IMG/VR virus record: IMGVR_UViG_3300021376_005091
Origin: an uncultured virus (IMG/VR IMGVR_UViG_3300021376_005091)
Lineage: Duplodnaviria > Heunggongvirae > Uroviricota > Caudoviricetes
Strand: one strand, 5' to 3'
DNA: 64,000 nt
The notes beneath the pieces were generated by a model, which had not been told where the DNA came from, made no database searches, and saw only the letters and a list, made by a program, of their open reading frames with translations. Of the stretch, positions 1 through 9,821 are shown piece after piece (the stretch's first letter is position 1; the number at the start of each line of letters is the position of its first letter). Position numbers and translations under genes: made by a program.

Positions 1-720
1 CACTTTGACCATAACTGGTCCCGACCTGTCATCATATGCCACTCAATCATATGTTACGTCACAAGGATACATCACTAATTCCAACATCACTGTAGTGGGA
101 GATGATTCTACTGGTGTTATTCTTAATTCTGGAGAAACTATCAAGATCGCTGGCACATCTAATATTACTACGGCAGTGTCAGGTGACACTTTGACCATAA
201 CTGGTCCTGACCTATCATTATATCTAACCAATTCCACAATTACTTTTGTTGGCGATGACTCCACAGGAGTTACACTAAATTCCAACGAGACAATTAAAAT
301 CGCTGGCACACAGAACATAACCACTGCAGTTAGTGGTGACACAGTCACAATCACAGGACCTGATTTAAGTTCTTATGCCACTCAATCATATGTGACATCA
401 CAGGGCTACATCACCAATTCACCCATCACTGTGGTAGGAGATGATTCTACTGGAACCACGCTGAACACGGGAGAAACTATAAAATTTGTTGGCACGCAAA
501 ACATAACCACAGCAGTGAGTGGTGACACATTGACCATAACAGGTCCAGACCTAACCAATTACGCACAAAAAACAGACAAGGCAATCACAATCGTTGGAGA
601 TGACTCCACAGGCACAGATATAACCATTGGAGAGACATTTAAAATTGCCGGAACACAGAACATAACCACGGCAGTGAGTGGAGACACATTAACGATCACT
701 GGACCCAACCTTTCATCATA
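1..720 (+). repeat. Intragenic tandem repeats of about 39-58 aa (four full copies plus a partial one)
   Basis: Recurrent DNA such as ggtgacactttgaccataactggtcc and peptide GDDSTG..GETIKIAGT.NITTAVSGDT.TITGP. Confidence 0.9.
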
Positions 721-1174
721 TCTTACATCGGTGCCAAGCACGATCGCTGTAAATGAAATATCTTCTTCAGATTCATCGGCCATACAGATCAACGACGCTA
801 TCAACGTGTCGGGTGCGGGCACGTTCCATGGTTCCGTGAGATTCAATGCCGGTTATATTGAAAAAATTAATGCCCTGACATCCAGCTCTACCATCACAGT
901 GAACTGTGCCACGGCATCAATCCACACAGTGTACTTGGAGACCAACAGCGGCTTCGTGATCAGCAACCTGCCCACGGGCGGCACTGTGACCCTGATCATA
1001 ACACAGGACTCAACGGGATCAAGGACGGCCACGTTCGGCACTGACACTTCAACCACGGTCAAGTTTGTGGGCGGCACTCCGGCTCTGAGCACTGCCAGCA
1101 ACAGCATAGACGTAGTGACCATATTCAACGATGGCACCAACTACCTGGGCAACATAGCCAAGGCCTACGCATAG
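5..1174 (+). CDS. Tail fibre-like structural protein, 5'-truncated by the window edge
   Basis: Frame is open from the window start; tandem VGDDSTG...ETIKIAGTQNITTAVSGDTLTITGPDL modules; C-terminal domain shared with the 6245 ORF. Confidence 0.75.
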   Translation: MTITGPDLSSYATQSYVTSQGYITNSNITVVGDDSTGVILNSGETIKIAGTSNITTAVSGDTLTITGPDLSLYLTNSTITFVGDDSTGVTLNSNETIKIAGTQNITTAVSGDTVTITGPDLSSYATQSYVTSQGYITNSPITVVGDDSTGTTLNTGETIKFVGTQNITTAVSGDTLTITGPDLTNYAQKTDKAITIVGDDSTGTDITIGETFKIAGTQNITTAVSGDTLTITGPNLSSYLTSVPSTIAVNEISSSDSSAIQINDAINVSGAGTFHGSVRFNAGYIEKINALTSSSTITVNCATASIHTVYLETNSGFVISNLPTGGTVTLIITQDSTGSRTATFGTDTSTTVKFVGGTPALSTASNSIDVVTIFNDGTNYLGNIAKAYA

Positions 1175-1184
1175 GAGGCAGCTG

Positions 1185-1928
1185 ATGCCACTGAGATTTT
1201 CATCTTTTATACTGACTATAGCACAACCGGTGACCGCGGGCTTGATGTATTACATTGATGCTGGCAACTCCGCGAGTTACCCCGGATCCGGTACTGCTAT
1301 CAACAACATCGCTGGCACAGCACCGGGTGCGGCCACGGTGGCCAACGGTGCCACTTTCACCTCAGCAGGCACAGGCAGTTATTTCACGTTCAACGGTACC
1401 AATCAAGTGGTGTACACTGCCAATATGTTGAGCCTATTCACCGGCCCCACCAACAAAAATCTCACCATAGAGACCTGGGTGCGTACCAGCACAGACAACG
1501 GTGTGGTGATCAGTGAACAGGGCCACAGCCCCATCAACTCAGGTTGGCATACCAGTGAGCAAGAGATCGTGTCGGGCAATCTGCGTGTGAGGGTGTGGGC
1601 TCAGCCGACCCCTCCTAACTTGCTAGTGGGTGCCGTCGCACGCAATCAGTGGCAGCAGTATGTGTTGACCTACGACCATGCCACCACGACCCTGCGTGGG
1701 TATATCAATGGATCTACCACTACCAGCACCAGCGTGACCAGACTCGTGCCATGGGAGAACGGTGCTCCTCAATTATACTATGCATTGATGGTGGCAGACT
1801 TCACCAACATGGGCGATGGTTCTGCCCTTGCTGGGGATTGGGCACTGTGCAAGATTTACAATCGTGCGTTATCGCAGGCCGAGATCCAACAGAATTTCAA
1901 CAGCGTGGCCTGGAGGTACGGAGTATGA
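1185..1928 (+). CDS. LamG/concanavalin A-like lectin domain virion protein
   Basis: GLMYYIDAGNSASYPGSG start, FTFNGTN, TIETWV, WQQYVLTYD and KIYNRALSQAEIQQNF, typical of phage LamG proteins; GGAGG RBS. Confidence 0.8.
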   Translation: MPLRFSSFILTIAQPVTAGLMYYIDAGNSASYPGSGTAINNIAGTAPGAATVANGATFTSAGTGSYFTFNGTNQVVYTANMLSLFTGPTNKNLTIETWVRTSTDNGVVISEQGHSPINSGWHTSEQEIVSGNLRVRVWAQPTPPNLLVGAVARNQWQQYVLTYDHATTTLRGYINGSTTTSTSVTRLVPWENGAPQLYYALMVADFTNMGDGSALAGDWALCKIYNRALSQAEIQQNFNSVAWRYGV

Positions 1929-2133
1929 AGTTCTCCGGTGTAAACCCGCATCTAATGCTTTATATGGTATGTCTAATGTGGCTGCCAAGCCGCTGTCCAC
2001 TTGGACCAGCTGGACCCAGGCCTATCTGATTTTCCAGATGCTGGGCACTCCCACTTCGCAATGGAACTAGTCAGCAGGTAAAACACTATAAAATAAGTGG
2101 TTTTGTCTTGATAAAAAACGGTAAATACAGCAA

Positions 2134-5100
2134 ATGGTACGACTCAACATAAATGTAGGAGCAAATGCAAACGACGGGACGGGTGATGATCTTCGCACGG
2201 CGATGCAGAAGATCAACACCAATTTCACCGAGCTTTACGGAACCACCGCTGAGGCCAATGACCTGGTGGAGGACATCACTCCGCAGCTGGGCGGCGATCT
2301 AGACCTACGAAATTTCATATTGACCACTAGCCTAACCAACGGCAACGTCAGCCTGCAGCCCAATGGCACCGGATCGGTGTTGCTGAAAAATATTCGAATC
2401 ACAGACAACGTGATCAGCTCAGATGACAGCACCAGCATAACCATCGATGAATCATTGGCAGTGACAGGGGCCGCCAATTTCGCCGGCACGCTATCTGCGC
2501 CCACAGTGGTTACCAATGTTATACAGAGCGATGATTCATCCATCATAGTGATCAACGACGGCTTGGAAGTCGCGGGCTCGGTCAAATCCACTGGCGTGAT
2601 AACCAACACATTGAGTTCGGAGGATTCCTCTGCCATCCAGGTGGGCGACAGCCTTAATGTAAGTGGCACTGTGACCGCTAGCACTCTGGAATCGGAAACT
2701 GTCAACACCTCAGAGCTGAACATAAACGACAATCAGATATTGGCATACAACTCCAATTCGGACATAATATTGTCCACTTCAGGCACAGGTGCCATCGACG
2801 TTGATGGTGCCAGGATAAAAAACGTGGCAGCGCCATCGGACGACAATGATGCAGTCAGCAAGAGCTATCTCGAAGGTTACGTGGCGTCAGGAGCTTTCGC
2901 CAACAACATCAGCTTCGTGGGAGATGACAGCACAGGCACTGCAGTCACCCTGGGAGAGACATTCAAGATAGCGGGATCGGGCACAGTGACCACGGCGGTA
3001 TCAGGTGACACCCTGACCATAACCGGAGCCGCAGCAGACTTGGGAGATTTCACTTTCTCTGGCAACAAGTTAAGTACCACCAGTTCCAACGCAGACATGG
3101 AGTTGAGCCCAGCGGGCACGGGTGATTTAGTTTTGAAGTCAGGCGATCTGTTGCCCAATACCAATAATACCCAATACCTGGGCAGCACCACTAAAAGATG
3201 GCACACCCTATATCTTGGTCCGGGATCTCTGGATTTTGATGGAGCAGCTATCACTCAGAGCGGAGGAGTGCTCAACTTGCCAGGTGGATTCCGAGGCACG
3301 CAGGGACTGAGCAGCATTGTTTTATTTGATGAATCAGATCTACCAGTCAATGGTCTTGACAACACCGGCACAGCGTTTTTATTCGATGCTAACACAGTGT
3401 TTTATGATCATCACACTTACCTTTATATACAAACTGCAGTAGCAGGTGGTGGAGCATGGGCTGGATGGCAGGTAGGAGATCCGTATCCTTCTGGCGAGCT
3501 TTCGTTTACCCCGGCCACATTCAGTCATGTGTATAACTCTGCAGGAGAACTTCTGCAACTCACATTGACCAATGGTGGATCTGGATTATCAGTTGCTGCT
3601 ACAGACAATGTTGTAGCATTTAGAACTGGTGACCCCATAACCACTCTTTGTACATTACCTTATGCAGGAATTTTAGGCACAGTGATGACCGATGGATCTA
3701 TCAGTGACAACTTGACATCCTTGGGAACTATCACTGCCAATGGAACATTCACAGCCAATAACGAAAGTATATTTTTTGATAATGTCTATCTGCAAGAGGC
3801 TGCGGAGATAGTATTTCCTGATAACACAGTAATGACAACCGCCGCTCCAATCGGAGTGGTAGGGGATGATTCCACGGGTACCACAATCTCTCCGGGAGAG
3901 ACATTGGTAATCCAAGGCAGCAGCAACGTCACTGTTTCGGTGGCGGACGATTCCTCGGCCACCGGAGATTCTGTGGTAACGATAACAGGACCAGATTTAA
4001 CACCATATGCAACCACATCCAGCTTGAATGCTGTCACCAGCAACATAATGACAGTGGTGGGAGATGACTCGACCGGCACCACCTTCAACGCAGGCGAGAC
4101 TTTGAAAATTGCGGGAGGTGTGGGCATATCCACGGCAGTGAGCGGAGACGTCATCACCATCAGCGCCTCGGGGGGAGGGGGAGGCAGCATAGGAGATCTA
4201 GTGATAGAGGGACAGACCATCACCACAGGTCCCACCAACGCAGACCTGACCATTTCGCCCAACGGAGTGGGCAATATCAATCTGGATGCTGATATCATCA
4301 GGGTTGGAGATGTCAACACGGCAGTGACCATAACTTCCAATGGTACTGGTAATTTAACGTTGCAAACTAATTCAGAAAATCCTACCATACAGAATGGATA
4401 CATTACCATGGAGGAAGGATCATCCGGCAAGATAGAGATATCTCCTTCCCAGGACGGGTATCTAAAAATTGGAAACACAAGCTTCACCTCTGTAAGGAGT
4501 GCTGGTTACCAACCTCCATTTGAATATGGTCTTTCATCATTGTCACAGTATGCATACACCATGGGAGCCGGTGCAGAGAGACTGTATGGTAATTCCACCA
4601 GCACAAGTATTCAATTGCTTGGTGCGGACCCCGACGATGGCACTGATTTAAATTGGCGTGGACATCAAACAGAATTATGGACGGAAGTTTTTGGTCGTGC
4701 GTTGGTATCAGAAACCGACATCCCTTTAGATAGCAGTTCGAGAAATTCAGGTATTGCAAGAAGCTATTCAGGTGGTCCGATTGCCATGGGAATAAAAAAT
4801 TGTTTTAAAAATACCAATAGTTTAAACCAGGGCTACATATCAGAAACAGCGATATTGAGCTTGCATGTTTCTTGCCATACGGTTGCAGCTAACACTACTT
4901 TAAATTTTGACGCTATGAATGGTGCACAAGTATCATTCAATCTTGGATTTCAAGGTGGTAGCACTACCGTTGACGATATAGTGGCTTTCCTTGCTAACGG
5001 AAATTACGTTTCTAATGGTACCACACAAGTGGATAACTATTATGCCTTCAGGGCAAATAATGTATCAGAGGCCGACAATAATTACGGTATCTATATAGAT

Positions 5101-6186
5101 TCTCCGGATTGGACAAACTATCTAGGAGGATTAACCATCAAAGACTCATCCATCAGCGCAGAGAGAAGCGATGAGAATTTAACATTAAGCACGTCCGGCA
5201 CAGGTAAAGTGGTCATAGACGATACGCTGTACGTGGACACTGTGGAACTCAACAACATCAGTTCCGCGGATTCATCTGCGATACAGATCAATGATGCCGT
5301 GAACGTGAGCGGCACACTGACAGCCAACACTTCTTTGGTTACACCATCTGTGGTGACCAACGCGATCAGTTCCGGCGATTCATCATCGGTCACGATCAAT
5401 GATGACCTAGAAGTCAAATCTCAACTTTTTGTCAACACCATCAGTTCCAATGATTCTTCCGCTATACAGATATTGGATAATGTTGAGTGTAATGCCAATT
5501 TATTTGCAAATGACATCACCGGAACAGTAGTGCAATTTGGCAGTTCGGGATCGCCGGTCAGCACCAATCAAACCATCAACATGAGTTCTGGCAGGCATTT
5601 TGAGTTATGGTTCAATGCAGACATCACTTGTACATTGACCAATTACACATTCTCCACTGTCAAAACTATGAAAGTAGAAAACACATCTGGTTCTGCAAAG
5701 GTCCTAACTTTCAATGGCACATATTCCACTGGAGCAGCGATTAGTTATTCTACCACAGTGGCAGAAGGTAGAGAAATTTTAATTACGTTGATCGGTGGCA
5801 AAGACAATGTTCTAGTGGGAGAGTCTAGCATAAATGTTGCATCCGATTTATTTGTCAACAATATATCAAGTCCAGATTCTTCCGCCATCACAATAAATGA
5901 TGCGGTTAACATATCCGGCTCATTGAGCGTGGACACCATCGACACCAACACCATCAGTTCCGGCGACGGTTCCACCATACAGATCAATGACTCTGTGCAG
6001 ATTTCGGACAATTTGACCATGGGTGGTTTGTTCACATTATACAATCGAACCGTGGCACAGTTATCAGTGTTAACTCCAGCAGCTGGTACGTTGGCATATT
6101 GCACAGATGAAACAGGTGGTGCACAACCCGTATTCTATGATGGCACCAATTGGAGAAGGATGACCGACAGGATCGTGATATCCTAA
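2134..6186 (+). CDS. Long tail fibre / baseplate-attached fibre protein
   Basis: N-terminal INVGANANDGTGDDLRTAMQKIN motif of T4 gp9/gp10-type N-termini; repeated GDDSTG and ISSxDSSAIQIND modules; TAAATA at 2122. Confidence 0.75.
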   Translation: MVRLNINVGANANDGTGDDLRTAMQKINTNFTELYGTTAEANDLVEDITPQLGGDLDLRNFILTTSLTNGNVSLQPNGTGSVLLKNIRITDNVISSDDSTSITIDESLAVTGAANFAGTLSAPTVVTNVIQSDDSSIIVINDGLEVAGSVKSTGVITNTLSSEDSSAIQVGDSLNVSGTVTASTLESETVNTSELNINDNQILAYNSNSDIILSTSGTGAIDVDGARIKNVAAPSDDNDAVSKSYLEGYVASGAFANNISFVGDDSTGTAVTLGETFKIAGSGTVTTAVSGDTLTITGAAADLGDFTFSGNKLSTTSSNADMELSPAGTGDLVLKSGDLLPNTNNTQYLGSTTKRWHTLYLGPGSLDFDGAAITQSGGVLNLPGGFRGTQGLSSIVLFDESDLPVNGLDNTGTAFLFDANTVFYDHHTYLYIQTAVAGGGAWAGWQVGDPYPSGELSFTPATFSHVYNSAGELLQLTLTNGGSGLSVAATDNVVAFRTGDPITTLCTLPYAGILGTVMTDGSISDNLTSLGTITANGTFTANNESIFFDNVYLQEAAEIVFPDNTVMTTAAPIGVVGDDSTGTTISPGETLVIQGSSNVTVSVADDSSATGDSVVTITGPDLTPYATTSSLNAVTSNIMTVVGDDSTGTTFNAGETLKIAGGVGISTAVSGDVITISASGGGGGSIGDLVIEGQTITTGPTNADLTISPNGVGNINLDADIIRVGDVNTAVTITSNGTGNLTLQTNSENPTIQNGYITMEEGSSGKIEISPSQDGYLKIGNTSFTSVRSAGYQPPFEYGLSSLSQYAYTMGAGAERLYGNSTSTSIQLLGADPDDGTDLNWRGHQTELWTEVFGRALVSETDIPLDSSSRNSGIARSYSGGPIAMGIKNCFKNTNSLNQGYISETAILSLHVSCHTVAANTTLNFDAMNGAQVSFNLGFQGGSTTVDDIVAFLANGNYVSNGTTQVDNYYAFRANNVSEADNNYGIYIDSPDWTNYLGGLTIKDSSISAERSDENLTLSTSGTGKVVIDDTLYVDTVELNNISSADSSAIQINDAVNVSGTLTANTSLVTPSVVTNAISSGDSSSVTINDDLEVKSQLFVNTISSNDSSAIQILDNVECNANLFANDITGTVVQFGSSGSPVSTNQTINMSSGRHFELWFNADITCTLTNYTFSTVKTMKVENTSGSAKVLTFNGTYSTGAAISYSTTVAEGREILITLIGGKDNVLVGESSINVASDLFVNNISSPDSSAITINDAVNISGSLSVDTIDTNTISSGDGSTIQINDSVQISDNLTMGGLFTLYNRTVAQLSVLTPAAGTLAYCTDETGGAQPVFYDGTNWRRMTDRIVIS

Positions 6187-6244
6187 CGTTTATAGCAGCA
6201 CATAAATCACATTTGGTTTATAAAAATATCCATAAATAATCAGT

Positions 6245-7936
6245 ATGGCAAAGCAGATAATCAACATAGGATCCACGGCAAACGACGGCACGGGTGATCC
6301 ATTACGCACAGCATTCCAAAAAATTAACGACAATTTCGCAGAATTATACGGGGATGACAGCTCAGCGGATACATTCACTTCGCCGCAGATAACCACCCCA
6401 ACCATCAATGGCCTGACCACCATCAATAATATCATTATTGAAAATAGTGAAATCACGACATCATCAAATGCTAATATAATTTTGAATCCTATGGGTGCAG
6501 CCACCATAGAATTGCAGGCGGCTACCAACATCACCGGAGCAACCACAATCACCGGCGCGGTGGGCATAACAGGTGCCGTGACTGCCACATCATTCGCAGG
6601 ACCTTTGACAGGCAATGTGACAGGCAACGTGACGGGCAATGCTGACACTGCCACATATTCATCCGCGGTGACATTGACAGCAGACAACACAACCAATGCC
6701 ACGAGATTCCCTCTGTTCGTGAGCGCCGCCACAGGAAATCTTTCGCCGAGAACCGACACAGAATTCACATACAATCCATTCACGGGTGTGTTGACCACGA
6801 CATCAGTGACAGGAGATTTAACAGGAGCAGTGACGGGCAATGTGACAGGCAATGTCACAGGTAATGTCACAGGTAATGTAACAGGTAACGTCACAGGTGA
6901 TCTCAGCACTGCCACGATCAGTGCCAGCGGCAATGACATCAATATCGCATTGACCGACAACAGAGCCACTGCATTGACCATCAAAGAAGGCAGCAACACC
7001 TATCTTACCTTCAACACAGGCAATGGTGGAGAAACCATCACGCTGGGCAAAAAATTTGAAGCAGGTTCTGTGGAAGTGGAAGGATCTAATTTTGACATCA
7101 ATGGCGGCAACATCGACGGCACAGACATTGGTCTATCTGTGAAAGCAGCAGGAAATTTCACCAGCCTCAGCGCCACAGGAGACGCCACTGTGCAGGGCAC
7201 GGTGTATTCGGACAGAATCCAATCACCGGCCACCAACGCCAACCTAGCGATACTGGCGCAGGGCACGGGAGTGGTAGATGTGCAGTCAGCGATGACCACT
7301 GGACAGATCACCATGGGTGGCGATCTATCCATACCTAATCCATATTCTGCAATCATAGGGTCAATGACCATGGCAGGCAGCACCATCAGTACCCCAACCA
7401 ATCAAGGTATCACACTGGACTGCAACGGCACGGGCAGCATCACGCTGAATGGATATCAAACATTGACCAACTGGATATTAACGGACAATGCTACTGTGGC
7501 TACTAATTTTTACACTAATACAATCACAGGCAGAACTTCCAATGCTGACTTAACAATTGAGACACAGGGCACGGGACAGATTGCCATGAACAGCGCAGTG
7601 AAGTTCAACGCGGGCTTCATAGAGGACATTAACTCACTGACTTCCAGCAGCACCATCACTGTGGACTGCTCGCTGGCTTCGGTGCATACAGTAACGTTAG
7701 GCACCAACACCGAATTTGTAATAACAAACTTGCCCACAGGCGGTGGGGTCACCCTGATCATACGTCAGGACGCCACGGGCCTGCGCACGGCCACCTTTGG
7801 CACAGACACTTCAACAGCAGTGAAATTTCCAAGTGCTGCATCCACGCTGAGCACAGCGGCCAACGCCATAGACGTTGTGTCCATATTCAACGACGGTACA
7901 GCGTTCCTGGGGAACATTGCCAACGACTACTCATAG
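6245..7936 (+). CDS. Tail fibre protein with gp9/gp10-type N-terminus
   Basis: INIGSTANDGTGDPLRTAFQKIN; GNVT repeats; C-terminal domain paralogous to ORF 5..1174; TAAATA at 6233. Confidence 0.75.
   Translation: MAKQIINIGSTANDGTGDPLRTAFQKINDNFAELYGDDSSADTFTSPQITTPTINGLTTINNIIIENSEITTSSNANIILNPMGAATIELQAATNITGATTITGAVGITGAVTATSFAGPLTGNVTGNVTGNADTATYSSAVTLTADNTTNATRFPLFVSAATGNLSPRTDTEFTYNPFTGVLTTTSVTGDLTGAVTGNVTGNVTGNVTGNVTGNVTGDLSTATISASGNDINIALTDNRATALTIKEGSNTYLTFNTGNGGETITLGKKFEAGSVEVEGSNFDINGGNIDGTDIGLSVKAAGNFTSLSATGDATVQGTVYSDRIQSPATNANLAILAQGTGVVDVQSAMTTGQITMGGDLSIPNPYSAIIGSMTMAGSTISTPTNQGITLDCNGTGSITLNGYQTLTNWILTDNATVATNFYTNTITGRTSNADLTIETQGTGQIAMNSAVKFNAGFIEDINSLTSSSTITVDCSLASVHTVTLGTNTEFVITNLPTGGGVTLIIRQDATGLRTATFGTDTSTAVKFPSAASTLSTAANAIDVVSIFNDGTAFLGNIANDYS
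6608..6900 (+). repeat. 12-nt (TGNV)n coding repeats in two blocks
   Basis: acaggcaatgtg-type units at about 6608-6640 and 6830-6900. Confidence 0.85.
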
Positions 7937-7944
7937 GGAGCAGG

Positions 7945-9771
7945 ATGCCAGGTTTCAGCAGGAGCGTATTGGCAATGAGGACGCAGGGATCGTTTTTCGA
8001 TGTGGTGGACGATGCGGGCAACGGACTCAGCGGAGTCACGATTACCACAAGCGCCAATGCCAACATCAGTTTAACTTACAACACAGGTACAAACCTAACC
8101 TATCTGCTGCCTAAGGGACAGCAGGTGATCACTGCCACCAAGGCGGGCTACGTCACCGCGAAGACAGCGGTCAACGTCTCGGGAGTGATCCAGATGTCAA
8201 TAACCATGGCCAGCGCAGCAAATATTCGGAGCACACAGACGATCTCCGACGCAGACAGCACAGTCAATACAGTGACCAACACTGCCAGGGCAGAAAACAA
8301 CGCCACCGTGGAATTCCCAGCGGGCGCCATAGTGGACGACGCCGGCAACCCGGTCAGCAGCGCCTCTGTGCAGTTGACGAATGTCAGCATCAGTGATACA
8401 GGCAGCTTAGACATCTTTCCCGGATCCTTTGTGGGTGATGACAGCGGCACCTTGGAACCCATTGAGAGTTTTGGATTTTTGAATGTTAACCTTACCGATC
8501 CCGTCACAGGCGATGAATTGTCTCTCGACCCAACCGTTGGAGCCACTGTGAGATTGCCAGTGGATCCAGATCCGATTGGCACAGATACCATAGGCACATA
8601 CAGATTGGATGAATCCACAGGCGTGTGGGATTTGGAGGGCACGGCATATCGTGTGCCTGGCACAAATATTTTTGAATTTCCAGTGACCAGTTTCAGTTGG
8701 TGGAATCTGGATAGGGTTTACGGAAGCCTTCCATTTGAATGCCAAGTTTATGAAGGTGATGATGATTCCTCAAACAATGACGATTCAACTGTCTTTATAC
8801 AGCCTAACCCACCAGGTGAGTCACCTAAGTCACGTGTAAAGGTTACGGTGGAGCGACGAGGTGACACTCCAATCACCAAGGCAACGGGCTATTCGGATGA
8901 ACAGGGTTTCTGTCAAATACCTTTCGTGCCAGGTGGTTTTATATTCATACGCGGCAGAAAAGGCAACAAGTACTACACTCCAACGTTTGTGACTGTGGAT
9001 AGTGGTACCATAAAAGCTGTATTGAGGCCCAATGGCACAGTTCCTACTTGGCCAGTCGCTGCCTCCCTTTCGGCCAATACTTTTATCGCCTATCAGGGTG
9101 AATCCATTCAGTTCTCTCTCTATGTGCAGGGCGTGGACTTCACTCCCAAGGCCTATACCATCACGGGAGTTACCAGTGCTGACATCGGCGGCGCTGCATT
9201 GACAGGCACTATCGCTCTCACGGAAAATGTTGGACCGGGGCAAGACAACACAGCTTCTGGAACCCTGACATTGACCGCTGGCGATGTCGGTCAGACAAGC
9301 AAAACGTTCACATTAACATTGGATGACACGATCGGCGGGTCGGTGATATCACGCAGCGTGACCATAATGGGTCCGCAGAATGACGCGCAGAGGTCCACGT
9401 TGGGATTGTCACTGGATACCACCGGAACCGGCACGCAATATATTCCTTACAGCAGCCCACTGTATGTTGGTGCAGGAAATAAGGTGAAAGTGACTTTGGC
9501 CACAAGAGGCATAGCAAATATGTCACTGGCTTACAACATCACAGGTATCATCAGCAGTGACATCAGCGGCGGTTCATTGAGCGGAAATTTAGAAGTTGTA
9601 AACGGAAACCCTACAGAAATTACATCATTAAGCACTTTAATACTGACTATAAATCCTTTTTTTGCTGGCAGCAAAACAGCTATATTCACAGTGACCTTTG
9701 CAGATTCTAGCTTCCTGTCTGCAGTCCTCTACCTCGCTGCTGGAGGTGGTGATTCAGGTAGTCCTTCATAA
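7945..9771 (+). CDS. Putative virion surface/receptor-binding protein with beta-sandwich domains
   Basis: Thr/Gly/Ser-rich; carboxypeptidase-regulatory-like N-terminal part (VVDDAGNGLSGVTI...ITATKAGY); TSFSWWNLD motif; follows a fibre gene. Confidence 0.5.
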   Translation: MPGFSRSVLAMRTQGSFFDVVDDAGNGLSGVTITTSANANISLTYNTGTNLTYLLPKGQQVITATKAGYVTAKTAVNVSGVIQMSITMASAANIRSTQTISDADSTVNTVTNTARAENNATVEFPAGAIVDDAGNPVSSASVQLTNVSISDTGSLDIFPGSFVGDDSGTLEPIESFGFLNVNLTDPVTGDELSLDPTVGATVRLPVDPDPIGTDTIGTYRLDESTGVWDLEGTAYRVPGTNIFEFPVTSFSWWNLDRVYGSLPFECQVYEGDDDSSNNDDSTVFIQPNPPGESPKSRVKVTVERRGDTPITKATGYSDEQGFCQIPFVPGGFIFIRGRKGNKYYTPTFVTVDSGTIKAVLRPNGTVPTWPVAASLSANTFIAYQGESIQFSLYVQGVDFTPKAYTITGVTSADIGGAALTGTIALTENVGPGQDNTASGTLTLTAGDVGQTSKTFTLTLDDTIGGSVISRSVTIMGPQNDAQRSTLGLSLDTTGTGTQYIPYSSPLYVGAGNKVKVTLATRGIANMSLAYNITGIISSDISGGSLSGNLEVVNGNPTEITSLSTLILTINPFFAGSKTAIFTVTFADSSFLSAVLYLAAGGGDSGSPS

Positions 9772-9821
9772 TTATATAAATGTAATTCACCATAAATACA
9801 CCTGTAAAGGAGTAAGTTCAA

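Noticed and set aside
1..720. Direct repeats resembling a CRISPR array or DGR template/variable repeats
   Set aside because: In-frame coding repeats with mostly synonymous differences; no spacer structure, adenine-specific variation or reverse transcriptase in the window
1929..2133. 200-nt gap with a possible 33-aa ORF (1969-2070) or ncRNA
   Set aside because: No RBS, promoter, recognisable motif or convincing structure
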